A DNA stretch of 64,000 nucleotides, from positions 2,481 through 66,480 of IMG/VR virus record IMGVR_UViG_3300025000_000092; one strand, written 5' to 3'. Below are positions 35,426-44,519 of the stretch, one piece after another. The notes beneath the pieces were generated by a model. That model was given only the letters and a program-made list of their open reading frames with translations, did not search any database and was not told where the DNA came from. This DNA comes from a virus. A program made the position numbers and the translations under genes. Numbering within the stretch: the stretch's first letter is position 1; the number at the start of each line of letters is the position of its first letter.

Positions 35426-36064
35426 ATGATCGAGCGCTTCTGCCTGGCCATCGATCCCGCGGACCACGCTACCGGTCTCTGCGTCTACGCGGACCGGGAC
35501 GGGGGACGGGGCTCGATCGGCGGGTACCGCATCCAGGGCGCCATGGCCGTCCGGGTCGCCGACCAGGTCGAGGCCATCGACGCGGTGCGCCAGCTCTGCG
35601 CCGGAACGGACCTGCCCGCCCCCTCCCTGGGGGTCGAGTGGGACGTGGTCACCGAGACCTGGACCAACCCGAACTTCGAGAAGGCGAAGCAGTCCCTGGC
35701 CGCGTCCCGGGCGCTCTGGGAGTCGGCGGTCCTGCGGATGGGCGTGCCCAAGCCGCGGGTCTACAGGGTCAACAGCTCGACGTGGCAGGGGGCGTGCGGG
35801 CTCCTGGGTCGTACCGCCCGGGGCGCCCTCGGGGACACGAAGCGGGGGGCGAAGGTCCTGGCCGCCCAGGTCCTCGGGGTCACCTCGGAGGAACTGGAGG
35901 ACGACGCCGCGGACGCCGTGCTGCTGGGGGAGTACTGGCTGCGCGCCGGCGGGGCCGAAGCGCACGCGCGGCGGGAGGAGGCCCGGAAGGCTCGGCGGGC
36001 GGGGAAGGCGTCCGCCGGGGCGCAGTGGGCCGACTACGCGAAGAGGGAGGGACTGGTCCGATGA
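35426..36064 (+). CDS. RuvC-like Holliday junction resolvase
   Basis: LAIDP...TG, VVTE, STWQ, EDDAADAVLLG. Confidence 0.75.
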   Translation: MIERFCLAIDPADHATGLCVYADRDGGRGSIGGYRIQGAMAVRVADQVEAIDAVRQLCAGTDLPAPSLGVEWDVVTETWTNPNFEKAKQSLAASRALWESAVLRMGVPKPRVYRVNSSTWQGACGLLGRTARGALGDTKRGAKVLAAQVLGVTSEELEDDAADAVLLGEYWLRAGGAEAHARREEARKARRAGKASAGAQWADYAKREGLVR

Positions 36065-37093
36065 AGACAGGATGTCAGTTCGTGGGCAGCGCGCTGAAGA
36101 CCGTGGGGCAGGTGGCGCGGGGCGTCAGCCGCCTGGTGCTGGGAGCGGAAGGCTCGGCGGGCGGGGAAGGCGTCCGCCGGGGCGGCTTGGCGAAGTTGCT
36201 GACGGCAGACGTCGACCACGGACCTCCTGGAGCGCTGGGGCATGACCCGGCGCGGGACTCTCAATCGCTTGCGCCGTGCCGGCATCGAGCCGGCCGGCTT
36301 CGCCGGGTCGGAGCGCGGTGCCCCGGTGCAACTGTGGGCGCTGGAGGCCATAGAGGCGCTGGAGGCCTTGCGGCCCTGGGAAGCCTCCCGAGGCAGACCC
36401 GCGAAGCCGGCTGGCGAGGCCTCGGCCAAGCCCGCACGCGAGCCCCGTCGCTCGCGCCTCTCGGTGGTCCACGTGGACGACGACGGCGTGCGCCACGAGA
36501 AGCCGGTTCAAGCCGGGGCGGCCCCGGCAGCGGCCACGACGGCCCCGGCTCCGGTGGCCGGGCCCGGGTTCCGCCGGAAGCCCCGGAGGCCTGCGACGAC
36601 GGCAACGCCTGCACCGGGCCCCGTAGGGTCCCCGGATACAACGACTGCGACCGCAGGCACGTGCGACCCGGAACCCAGCGTCGCACCTGGTCCGGCGGCG
36701 ACTGCGACCGACCCGGCCTGCGACGACGGCAACGCCTGCGCCGGGTCCGCCGCGCCGGCGCCGTCGTCCGACCCCGCACCCGCCCCGGCCACATCGATCC
36801 CCGAGGTCTGGGTCTCCGAGCTGGCGGCCCGCATCTACCTCGGCGCCTCGCTGACGGACCTGTACGTCCTCCGCGGCAAGTCCCTGCGCACCCGCCCGGG
36901 CGCCCGGGGACGGGAGTACCTCCAGGCGGACCTCCAGGTGGTGAAGCGGACGCGGATCCCGGCGAAGGCCCGGGAGCTAGCGCCGCCGAAGCGCGCCGTG
37001 TTCGAGGCCGACCGCGAGGAGGTGCCGGAGCGCCTGCGCATCGACGGCGACCCCGAGGAACTCGTCTTCGGAATCGAGGAGGTCTACCGGTGA
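36061..37093 (+). pseudogene. rearranged/frameshifted HTH-containing gene
   Basis: HTH-like TTDLLERWGMTRRGTLNRL and WVSELAARIYLG segments; internal duplications in different frames; longest ORF 36242..37093. Confidence 0.45.
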
Positions 37094-37542
37094 CCGCGCA
37101 GACCGTGTTGAGCACGATCGTTCTCGTCGGCTGCAGTGCCGCGAAGGCCGCTGGGCCCCGTCCCGCCCGGGACCTGTACCTGTCCCACATGTTCTTCCTG
37201 GCCCGGGCCTACGCGGAACGGCACGGCGACCAGTGGTTCATCCTGTCCGCCCAGTACGGACTCGTGGAACCGGACGAGCGCCTCGAACCCTACGACCGCA
37301 GGCTGCAGGACCTGGACCGGGCGGACCGTCGGGAGTGGGGCGAGGTCATCGCCGACGAGCTGGGCCGGCGCACCCAGCGGGGCGACCGGCTGATCGTCCT
37401 GGCGGGCCGCTCGTACGTGGACCCGTGGCGCGACCTGGTCGGCCGGACCCTGGCGCTGACGGTCGAGGAGCCCTTGGCCGGCCTGGGCGTCGGGCAGCGG
37501 CTGCACTGGTTGAAGGCGGCGCTGGCCGCGAGGAGGGCATGA
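37090..37542 (+). CDS. DUF6884-family protein
   Basis: VLVGCSAAK...ARDLY.S..F...WFILSAQYGLV...PYD...LAGRSY. Confidence 0.8.
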   Translation: MTAQTVLSTIVLVGCSAAKAAGPRPARDLYLSHMFFLARAYAERHGDQWFILSAQYGLVEPDERLEPYDRRLQDLDRADRREWGEVIADELGRRTQRGDRLIVLAGRSYVDPWRDLVGRTLALTVEEPLAGLGVGQRLHWLKAALAARRA

Positions 37543-37871
37543 CGATGGGCTGGGCGAGCTGCGGGACGGACAGCGAGGGGCGGCCGATCGGGTACGCGCA
37601 CGCCGCGACCTGTGACCACCCGGGGTGCACGGCGGGGATCCACCGGGGGATCGACTACGCCTGCGGTGGGATGCACGGCGGCGACGACGTGTCCTGCGAC
37701 CGGTACTTCTGCAGCGACCACCGATTGACGTTCGTGCAGCGCCAGGACGGCGCCGGGGAGCACCAGGTCCGCGTGTGCGACGAGTGCGCGGACGCCCTCC
37801 TGGCGGCCGGATGGACCTGGGGCGAGGGTGCCGACGAGGACGTGCTGATGCCGCCCCGGGAGGCGCCCTGA
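37539..37871 (+). CDS. Cys/His-rich hypothetical protein
   Basis: GRPIGY...CDHPGC...RGIDYACGG...YFCSDH. Confidence 0.75.
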   Translation: MTMGWASCGTDSEGRPIGYAHAATCDHPGCTAGIHRGIDYACGGMHGGDDVSCDRYFCSDHRLTFVQRQDGAGEHQVRVCDECADALLAAGWTWGEGADEDVLMPPREAP

Positions 37872-38581
37872 TGCCCGACAACCCCGATCGCGTCATCACC
37901 GCCTTGCGGGGTGCGAACGCCCTGCTGGAGACCCGGCTCGCCGCGGCCGAGAAGAGCCTCGCGAAGGTCCGCGACGCCGCGAAGCGCACCGACCCGGCCC
38001 GGGCGCTTGACGCCATGCGCATCGAGCGGGACCGGGCCGTGCGGGAGCGGGACCAGGCGCGCGAGCAGGCGACCGACCTGCAGCGCCGGCTCTCCGCGAC
38101 CCAGGGCGCGCCCGCCGAGCTGGCGCCCGTCGGTGACCGCGAGGCCGTCCGCAGCCAGTTGAAGCAGCGCCTCGCGGTGTCGAACGCCCAGCGCGACGAC
38201 GCCCGGCGACTCGCCACCCGCCTCATCGAGCGCCTGAAGCTGGTCTACCGCGTCGGCACCCTCGGGGACGAACTGGCGGGCGAGGTCACGAAGGCGTTGC
38301 CGCGGGGGTGGCGGGACCTGGACACGGGCCTCCTGGTGGCCCGGCACCCAGGCGCCTGCGCAGCGGTCGGCCGCGTCTTCCTGGAATGGTGCCGGCGCCG
38401 CTACCTGGCCCGCCTGGGCTGGGACGACAAGGCCGAGCCGGAGGTCCCGGGCGACTTGCGGCAGCTGGTGCGCGAGGGGTTGTTGACCGTCGAGCAGTAC
38501 CGGCAGCAGCTCGCGCGGATCTTCGACGTGGGGAATGAGGAGAGCGGCGCGGCCGCCGGGGGTGGTGAGTGGAAGCGTTGA
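37871..38581 (+). CDS. coiled-coil hypothetical protein
   Basis: TGATG coupling, GGAGG RBS. Confidence 0.7.
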   Translation: MPDNPDRVITALRGANALLETRLAAAEKSLAKVRDAAKRTDPARALDAMRIERDRAVRERDQAREQATDLQRRLSATQGAPAELAPVGDREAVRSQLKQRLAVSNAQRDDARRLATRLIERLKLVYRVGTLGDELAGEVTKALPRGWRDLDTGLLVARHPGACAAVGRVFLEWCRRRYLARLGWDDKAEPEVPGDLRQLVREGLLTVEQYRQQLARIFDVGNEESGAAAGGGEWKR

Positions 38582-39693
38582 AATTCACAGGTTCGCAGGC
38601 GTCTTGCAAGGTTTTCACGGACGAACTGGAAGCGACCGCCGAGACGCAGATCCACACGTTCCTGGACTGCCCGGCGTTCGCGGGTTGCCAGATTCGCATC
38701 ATGCCCGACGTGCACGCCGGCGCTGGCGCCGTCATCGGCTTCACGTCGCCTGTCGGGCCCGGCATCTGCCCCAACGTCATCGGCGTGGACATCGGGTGCG
38801 GCGTGCTGTCCGTCAACCTGGGTATCCAGGAAGCGGACTTCCCGAAGCTCGACGCCTACATTCGGGGTCACATCCCGTCCGGGTTCGCGAGTCGGCAAAC
38901 GCCGCACTGGCTGACCGACGAAGCGGCGGAGCTGCTGGCGGCAACCGACGAGATTGCCACCCGCATCGGCGCCGACCCCGCGAAGGTGCGCCGGTCCGCG
39001 GGAACGCTCGGGGGCGGCAACCACTTCATCGAGGTAGGGCGGGCGGACTTCGGCGGGCGCCTCTGGCTGACCATCCACAGCGGCTCCCGGAACTTCGGGT
39101 TGCGCGTCGCGAACCACCATCAGAAGATCGCCCAGGCGCAGCGCCCGGAGTTCGGGCAACTCGCGTACCTGACTGGCGACGATGCGGAATCCTACCTGCG
39201 GGACATGCGGCGCGCGCAGCGGTTCGCGTCCCTGAACCGCCACATCATGGCGGCCGAGATCGTGGGGTTCTGGGACCAGGGGCTCCCCGCGAAGGTCGAC
39301 CTTGTCGAGTCGGTCCACAATTTCATCGGCGACGACAACATCATCCGAAAGGGCGCGATTTCTGCGATGGCAGGCGAGTCTGTGGTCATCCCCTGGAACA
39401 TGCGGGACGGGATCGTGCTGGGCGTCGGCCTCGGGAATGAGGACTGGAACCAGAGCGCCCCCCATGGCGCGGGCCGGCGGATGGGCCGGAAGGAGGCCAA
39501 GCGGACCCTGAGTGTTGACGACTTCCGCGCGACCATGGCGGGCGTGTGGTCTTCCTGCGTCGGCGTCGACACGTTGGACGAGGCCCCCGCGGCGTACAAG
39601 CCTGCGGCCGAAGTCGAAGCGTGGTTGGGTGAGACGGTCCACATCACGAACCGGCTGCGCCCCGTCTACAACTTCAAGGCGACGGGGGAATGA
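38569..39693 (+). CDS. rtcB: RtcB-family 3'-phosphate/5'-OH nucleic acid ligase
   Basis: MPDVHAG, IGVDIGCG, GTLGGGNHFIE, HSGSR, HN...RKGA, PHGAGR, DEAPAAYK. Confidence 0.95.
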   Translation: MEALKFTGSQASCKVFTDELEATAETQIHTFLDCPAFAGCQIRIMPDVHAGAGAVIGFTSPVGPGICPNVIGVDIGCGVLSVNLGIQEADFPKLDAYIRGHIPSGFASRQTPHWLTDEAAELLAATDEIATRIGADPAKVRRSAGTLGGGNHFIEVGRADFGGRLWLTIHSGSRNFGLRVANHHQKIAQAQRPEFGQLAYLTGDDAESYLRDMRRAQRFASLNRHIMAAEIVGFWDQGLPAKVDLVESVHNFIGDDNIIRKGAISAMAGESVVIPWNMRDGIVLGVGLGNEDWNQSAPHGAGRRMGRKEAKRTLSVDDFRATMAGVWSSCVGVDTLDEAPAAYKPAAEVEAWLGETVHITNRLRPVYNFKATGE

Positions 39694-39986
39694 TGCATTA
39701 CCGAACCGAATCCGAAGCCGGGGAGGCCGCAGAGCACCGGGCCGCGTTCCTGCTCCTGGTGTCCCGGGCCGTCCCGTCGTCCTACCGCGAGTGCATCGGA
39801 TGCCCGCACGACCTGCCCGTGCGGCGGTGCGCGGACGTGCGCCTGGCCGAGTGCCAGATCGTGCAGGGGTTCATGAAGGGAGCGGACCGCCAACGCCTCC
39901 TGGACGGGATGCGGAAGTTGCTCGGGGGCAGGTACAGCCACGCGGCGGCGTGTCGCGTGATGGAGGGGGCGTCATGTCCGACCTGA
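39690..39986 (+). CDS. hypothetical protein
   Basis: ATGA overlap; Cys motifs. Confidence 0.6.
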   Translation: MMHYRTESEAGEAAEHRAAFLLLVSRAVPSSYRECIGCPHDLPVRRCADVRLAECQIVQGFMKGADRQRLLDGMRKLLGGRYSHAAACRVMEGASCPT

Positions 39987-40213
39987 CGACGGAGAACCAG
40001 GAGCGGTCCCTCGCGGCCCGAGTCGAGGCGTTGGAGCGGGTCGTCGCGGAGTTCCAGGCCCGGGAGGTGGCGCGGCGCGAGGAAGAGGCGCGGCGGTTGG
40101 CAGTGCTGCGGGCGCAGGTTGCGGGGTGGTTCGCGAAAAAGCCGCAGGCCCAGCAGGACCCAGGCGTCCAAGTCATCCACGTGGCCGGATCCCCGTACGG
40201 AGGTCCTCGATGA
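39974..40213 (+). CDS. small coiled-coil protein
   Basis: GGAGG RBS. Confidence 0.6.
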   Translation: MSDLTTENQERSLAARVEALERVVAEFQAREVARREEEARRLAVLRAQVAGWFAKKPQAQQDPGVQVIHVAGSPYGGPR

Positions 40214-40524
40214 ACCGCAGCAGACGCAAGGCCGGGAGCATCCGTGCCGTCGCCGACGCGCTCCGCCGCGTCCGGGAACTGCCGCCCGGGCAGCAGGACG
40301 GCGCCGAGTCCCTGGTGGCGCTGTCCAACGCGGTCCGCGCCGCCGCGCTTCCCGCCCACGACCTGGCGGTCCTGGTGGTCGACCGGGCCGTGCTGGCCAA
40401 GCTGCCCGAGGACGAGCGCCTCCGGTCTGTCGGCATGCTGCTGGCCGGGCTGCAAGGCCACCTGTTTCCCGAGTTCGAATTCGCTGCCCGGCGCCGCCCG
40501 AGTGCGCCTGCGGAGGTCCAATGA
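40210..40524 (+). CDS. hypothetical protein
   Basis: ATGA overlap, GGAGG RBS. Confidence 0.65.
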   Translation: MNRSRRKAGSIRAVADALRRVRELPPGQQDGAESLVALSNAVRAAALPAHDLAVLVVDRAVLAKLPEDERLRSVGMLLAGLQGHLFPEFEFAARRRPSAPAEVQ

Positions 40525-40736
40525 ACGCGACGTGGCTCAAGGCTGCGAAGGTCCAGGCTCGCCCGGGACAGGCCCGGTGTCCGGCGTGCACGCACCTCCT
40601 CATGGTCCTGGTCTCGGTCCAGGGAGGCGGCGCCCGCGTCGAGACGAAGTGCTCGTCGTGCGGCGCCGCCCTGGCGATCCGTCTCACCCCCTCGGGCCCG
40701 CAGGTTTTCTTGCGCAACGTGGGGGGCAAGGAGTAG
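40521..40736 (+). CDS. Com-like zinc-finger regulator
   Basis: RCPACTHLL...VETKCSSCG matches the Mu Com family pattern. Confidence 0.6.
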   Translation: MNATWLKAAKVQARPGQARCPACTHLLMVLVSVQGGGARVETKCSSCGAALAIRLTPSGPQVFLRNVGGKE

Positions 40737-40941
40737 CATTCGACCGATCGCCGTCCCCTCGTGAGGGCATGACCCCGGGACGTGCGGTAGGCCAGGCACA
40801 TAGGTGCTGCAGGCTTGCCGCCGCCAGGAGAGTCATGCGCACGCTGGGGCACCACCACAACCGCATCCCCCACAGCGACCGCAGGCACCTTCCGGTTCGG
40901 CAGCTCGCCCGGCATTTCGTGCGCCCGTGACGAGGAGTCCC

Positions 40942-42630
40942 ATGGGACCGGGAACGGCAGCGTGCAAGCCGACGGTGCTGGTGGGCTGGAAGGCCGTGGC
41001 GGGGTGGTTCGGCCTGACGATCGCGGCCGTGAAGCGCAGGAACGCCCGCCGCCCGCTCCCCCTCTGCCAGGAGTCGCCTCGCGAGCAGCCTATGGCCTTG
41101 GTGTCGGACCTCGAGCAGTGGGTCCGTGAGGGATGCACCTGCCGGCGGGGGGCGCATGACGTCACGGCTGGCAGGCGGCGGCCCGGTTCTCCGCGCGCAC
41201 CAGGCCGTGACCTTTTTCCGCCTGCGGGACATCCAGGCGGATTCTCACAACGGACAGGTGGCTCCATGACCCAAGCTCTGACCCTTGAGCAGTGGCCCGT
41301 CTCCCGACTCGTTCCCTACGCCGGGAACCCCCGGAAAAACGACGACGTCGTGGACCGGATGTGCGCCTCGATCCGGGAGTTCGGCTTCCGGATTCCCGTG
41401 CTGGCTCTGTCGAACGGGACGGTGGTCGACGGCCACCTCCGTCTGAAGGCCGCACTGAAGCTGGGCCTGGAGGATCTCCCCGTCCTCCTCGCCGATGACC
41501 TGTCCGAGGCCCAGGTCCGGGCCTTCCGGATCATGGTCAACCAGTCGGCGTCGTGGGCGGCCTGGGACAACGACCTGCTGCGGACGGAACTCACCGCCCT
41601 GCAATCGTTCGGCTACGACCTGTCGTTCACGGGCTTCGAAATCGACCGCATCAGCAGCCTGATCCCCGGCGTCCTGGCCACCGGCCTGACGGACGAGGAC
41701 TCGATCCCGGAGCCGCCCGAGAAGCCCACGACCCACCCGGGCGACCTGTGGGTTCTGGGCGACCACCGGCTGCTGTGCGGCAACTCGGGCAACCCCGTGG
41801 ACCTTGACCGGCTCCTCGGCGGGCAGCCGATCCACCTGGTCAACATGGACCCGCCGTACAACGTGAAGGTCGAGCCCCGTTCGAACAACGCCATCGCCGC
41901 CGGCCTGTCGTCGTTCGCTCCGCAGGCCCAGACTTACCACCAGGCGCTGGACGTGGCGCTGCGCCCCGGGAAGGCGAAGGGCACCACGAAGCAGATGCGG
42001 GCGAAGGACCGGCCCCTGGCCAACGACTTCGTGACGGACCAGGCCTTCGACGAGATGCTCCGGGCCTGGTTCGGGAACGCCTCTCGGGTCCTGCTGCCCG
42101 GTCGGGGGTTCTACATCTGGGGCGGGTACGCGAACCTCGCCAACTACCCCTCGGCGCTGAAGGAGGTGGGGTTCTACTTCAGCCAGGCGATCGTCTGGGA
42201 CAAGCAGCACCCCGTCCTGACCCGGAAGGACTTCATGGGCGCCTTCGAGCTCGCCTTCTACGGGTGGAAGGAGGGCGCCGCCCACCAGTTCCTGGGCCCG
42301 AACAACGCGCAGGACCTCTGGCACGTCAAGAAGGTCAACCCGCAGTCGATGGTCCACCTGACCGAGAAGCCGGTCGAGCTGGCCCGCCTGGCGATGGAGT
42401 ACTCGTCCCGGCGCGGCGAGAACGTCCTGGACCTCTTCGGCGGGTCGGGCTCGACCCTGATCGGCGCCCAGGAGACCGGCCGTCACGCGTTTTTGATGGA
42501 GCTCGACATGCCGTACTGCGACGTGATCGTCACGCGCTGGCAAAAGTTCACGGGGCTGGCTGCCGTCCTCGAGGGCGACGGCCGGACGTTCGCGGAGATC
42601 GCGGCCGAGCGGACCGCGCCCACGGAGTAG
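40942..42630 (+). CDS. ParB-like N-terminal domain + N6/N4 DNA methyltransferase, with in-frame upstream HTH
   Basis: LVPYAGNPRKN...SIREFGF...VDGHLRL; MDPPYNV; HLTEKPV; LDLFGGSGST; second start at ATG 41266. Confidence 0.9.
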   Translation: MGPGTAACKPTVLVGWKAVAGWFGLTIAAVKRRNARRPLPLCQESPREQPMALVSDLEQWVREGCTCRRGAHDVTAGRRRPGSPRAPGRDLFPPAGHPGGFSQRTGGSMTQALTLEQWPVSRLVPYAGNPRKNDDVVDRMCASIREFGFRIPVLALSNGTVVDGHLRLKAALKLGLEDLPVLLADDLSEAQVRAFRIMVNQSASWAAWDNDLLRTELTALQSFGYDLSFTGFEIDRISSLIPGVLATGLTDEDSIPEPPEKPTTHPGDLWVLGDHRLLCGNSGNPVDLDRLLGGQPIHLVNMDPPYNVKVEPRSNNAIAAGLSSFAPQAQTYHQALDVALRPGKAKGTTKQMRAKDRPLANDFVTDQAFDEMLRAWFGNASRVLLPGRGFYIWGGYANLANYPSALKEVGFYFSQAIVWDKQHPVLTRKDFMGAFELAFYGWKEGAAHQFLGPNNAQDLWHVKKVNPQSMVHLTEKPVELARLAMEYSSRRGENVLDLFGGSGSTLIGAQETGRHAFLMELDMPYCDVIVTRWQKFTGLAAVLEGDGRTFAEIAAERTAPTE

Positions 42631-42633
42631 GCC

Positions 42634-43098
42634 ATGCCTCGCGGCGTGAAATGGGTGCCGCCCGACCTCCGGGAGATCGAGACGATCGCCGAGCGAGGCG
42701 TCACATTCGACTACATCTGCCAGGGACTCGGCATCACAGTCGCCGCTCTACGGCGCCGCCGGAAAGACCTGACGGCCGTGGACGAGGCCATCGCCCGCGG
42801 CCGGGCCCGGGGCGGCATCGCCCTGGCGAACAAGGCCTACGAGGTCGCGATGGTCGATCGTGACCCCTCGATGATCCGCTTCCTCTGCCGCGCCACCGGC
42901 GTCATCGACGACCGGATCCGCGTCGAGCTCACCGGCAAGGACGGCGCGCCGATCGTGGTCCAGGCCGACATCAAAGCCGAGATCGACGTGAAGGTGGACC
43001 CTGCGGTCCAGAAGCTGATGGAGTCCTATGCGAGCGTCGCGCGCGCAGCTATTGCGGGCGCTGCTGACGCCGGGGATGTGGCCGGGGAGCCCGGTTGA
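42634..43098 (+). CDS. terS: terminase small subunit (HTH type)
   Basis: HTH ICQGLGITVAALRRR, AIARGRARG, ELTGKDGAPI; directly upstream of TerL. Confidence 0.75.
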   Translation: MPRGVKWVPPDLREIETIAERGVTFDYICQGLGITVAALRRRRKDLTAVDEAIARGRARGGIALANKAYEVAMVDRDPSMIRFLCRATGVIDDRIRVELTGKDGAPIVVQADIKAEIDVKVDPAVQKLMESYASVARAAIAGAADAGDVAGEPG

Positions 43099-44503
43099 GC
43101 GGGCGCTCACGCTCCTCCGGGTAGCAGTGCTCGAAAACCCGTGGATCCCGGACGGCACTCCTGGCTGGGCCGACAGCCGGAACCACCGGAAGCCTACGGA
43201 ACCGCAGGCGCTGCTCTACATGTGCGGCAAGCGGCACGTTCTCTTCGGGGGCAGCCGCGGTGGCGCCAAGTCGGAGGGCATCCTGGTGGGTGGGCTGATG
43301 TTCGCGGACCTCCCGGGCCACGCAGGCCTGATCGTCCGACGCCACTACACCGATTTGACGAAGTCCAACGCGTTGATCAACCGGTCCAAGAAGTGGCTCT
43401 GGGGCCGCGGCGCCAAGTGGAACGAACAGACCCACTGCTGGACGTTCCCGTCCGGGTACGAGCTGTTCTTCGGCGCTCTGGACCGCCCCGAGGATTTCGA
43501 GCACCACCGCGGCTCCGAGGTCCAGTACCTGGGCACCGACGAGTCCGGGCAGTTCGACGCCGAGGAGATGGCGCTGCTGACCAGCTGCCTCCGAAAGTCG
43601 CCCGACAACATCGTCCCGATCCGGGATTGGCGGTCCGCGAACCCGGACGGGCCCGGTGAGGAGACGCTGTACCACGAGTTTGTGGAGCCCTGGGAGCTGG
43701 GCCGCCAGGAGCCGGACCACCTCTTCATCCCGGCCGACGTGTACTCCAACCCGAACGTGGACCCGGAGTACGTGGCGATGCTCGAGCGCCTCCCGCCCCT
43801 GCTGCGCCAGAAGCACCTCGAGGGCAAGTGGATGCTGAAGTCGGAGGGGAAGTACTTCCAGGCGAAGAAGTTCCGGGAGGTCCCGCTGGCGGACATGCCG
43901 GAGGACTGGGACGCGCTCTTGCGCTGCTGGGACCTGGCGGCCACGGAGCCCTCCGAAGACAACAAGGATCCCGACTGGACGCGTGGCGGCCTCCTCGGCA
44001 TCCGCGACGGCAAGTGGTCCATCCTCGATGTCGAGGGCTGCCGGAAGCGCCACCACGACGTGAAGCAGCTCATCAAGACCACCGCGGACAAGGACGGCGC
44101 CGAGGTCCTCATCGTGATCCCCCAGGACCCGGGCCAGGCAGGCAAGAGCCAGCACAGCGAATACCGGGATCTGCTGGCCGGCTTCGAGGTCCGTCGCTAC
44201 ATCCCTCCGTCGAACAAGGAGGTCATGGCGCGCCCGGTGTCCGCTTCCGTGGACGCCGGCGACGTGTCCGTCGTGAAGGACGCGGCATGGCTGCGGCCTT
44301 TCTACAACGAGATCTGTCCGTTCCCCGCCCGGGGCATCCACGACGACCAGGTCGACATCCTGTCCATGGCCTGGGTCTGGGGTCCTTGGCTGGTGAAGCG
44401 CAATGCCGGGGCCCGGGTTCGGCTCGGGGTCAAGAGGGTCGAAGAAGCGGCGCCGAGAGGCGGTCGTCCGAGCATGAGCCGGCCGACGATGCACAGGACG
44501 TAA
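43028..44503 (+). CDS. terL: terminase large subunit
   Basis: GGSRGGAKS, GTDES, SANPDG, WDLA, HDDQVD; start may be 43076. Confidence 0.93.
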   Translation: MRASRAQLLRALLTPGMWPGSPVERALTLLRVAVLENPWIPDGTPGWADSRNHRKPTEPQALLYMCGKRHVLFGGSRGGAKSEGILVGGLMFADLPGHAGLIVRRHYTDLTKSNALINRSKKWLWGRGAKWNEQTHCWTFPSGYELFFGALDRPEDFEHHRGSEVQYLGTDESGQFDAEEMALLTSCLRKSPDNIVPIRDWRSANPDGPGEETLYHEFVEPWELGRQEPDHLFIPADVYSNPNVDPEYVAMLERLPPLLRQKHLEGKWMLKSEGKYFQAKKFREVPLADMPEDWDALLRCWDLAATEPSEDNKDPDWTRGGLLGIRDGKWSILDVEGCRKRHHDVKQLIKTTADKDGAEVLIVIPQDPGQAGKSQHSEYRDLLAGFEVRRYIPPSNKEVMARPVSASVDAGDVSVVKDAAWLRPFYNEICPFPARGIHDDQVDILSMAWVWGPWLVKRNAGARVRLGVKRVEEAAPRGGRPSMSRPTMHRT

Positions 44504-44519
44504 CGCAGGAGCGATTGAA

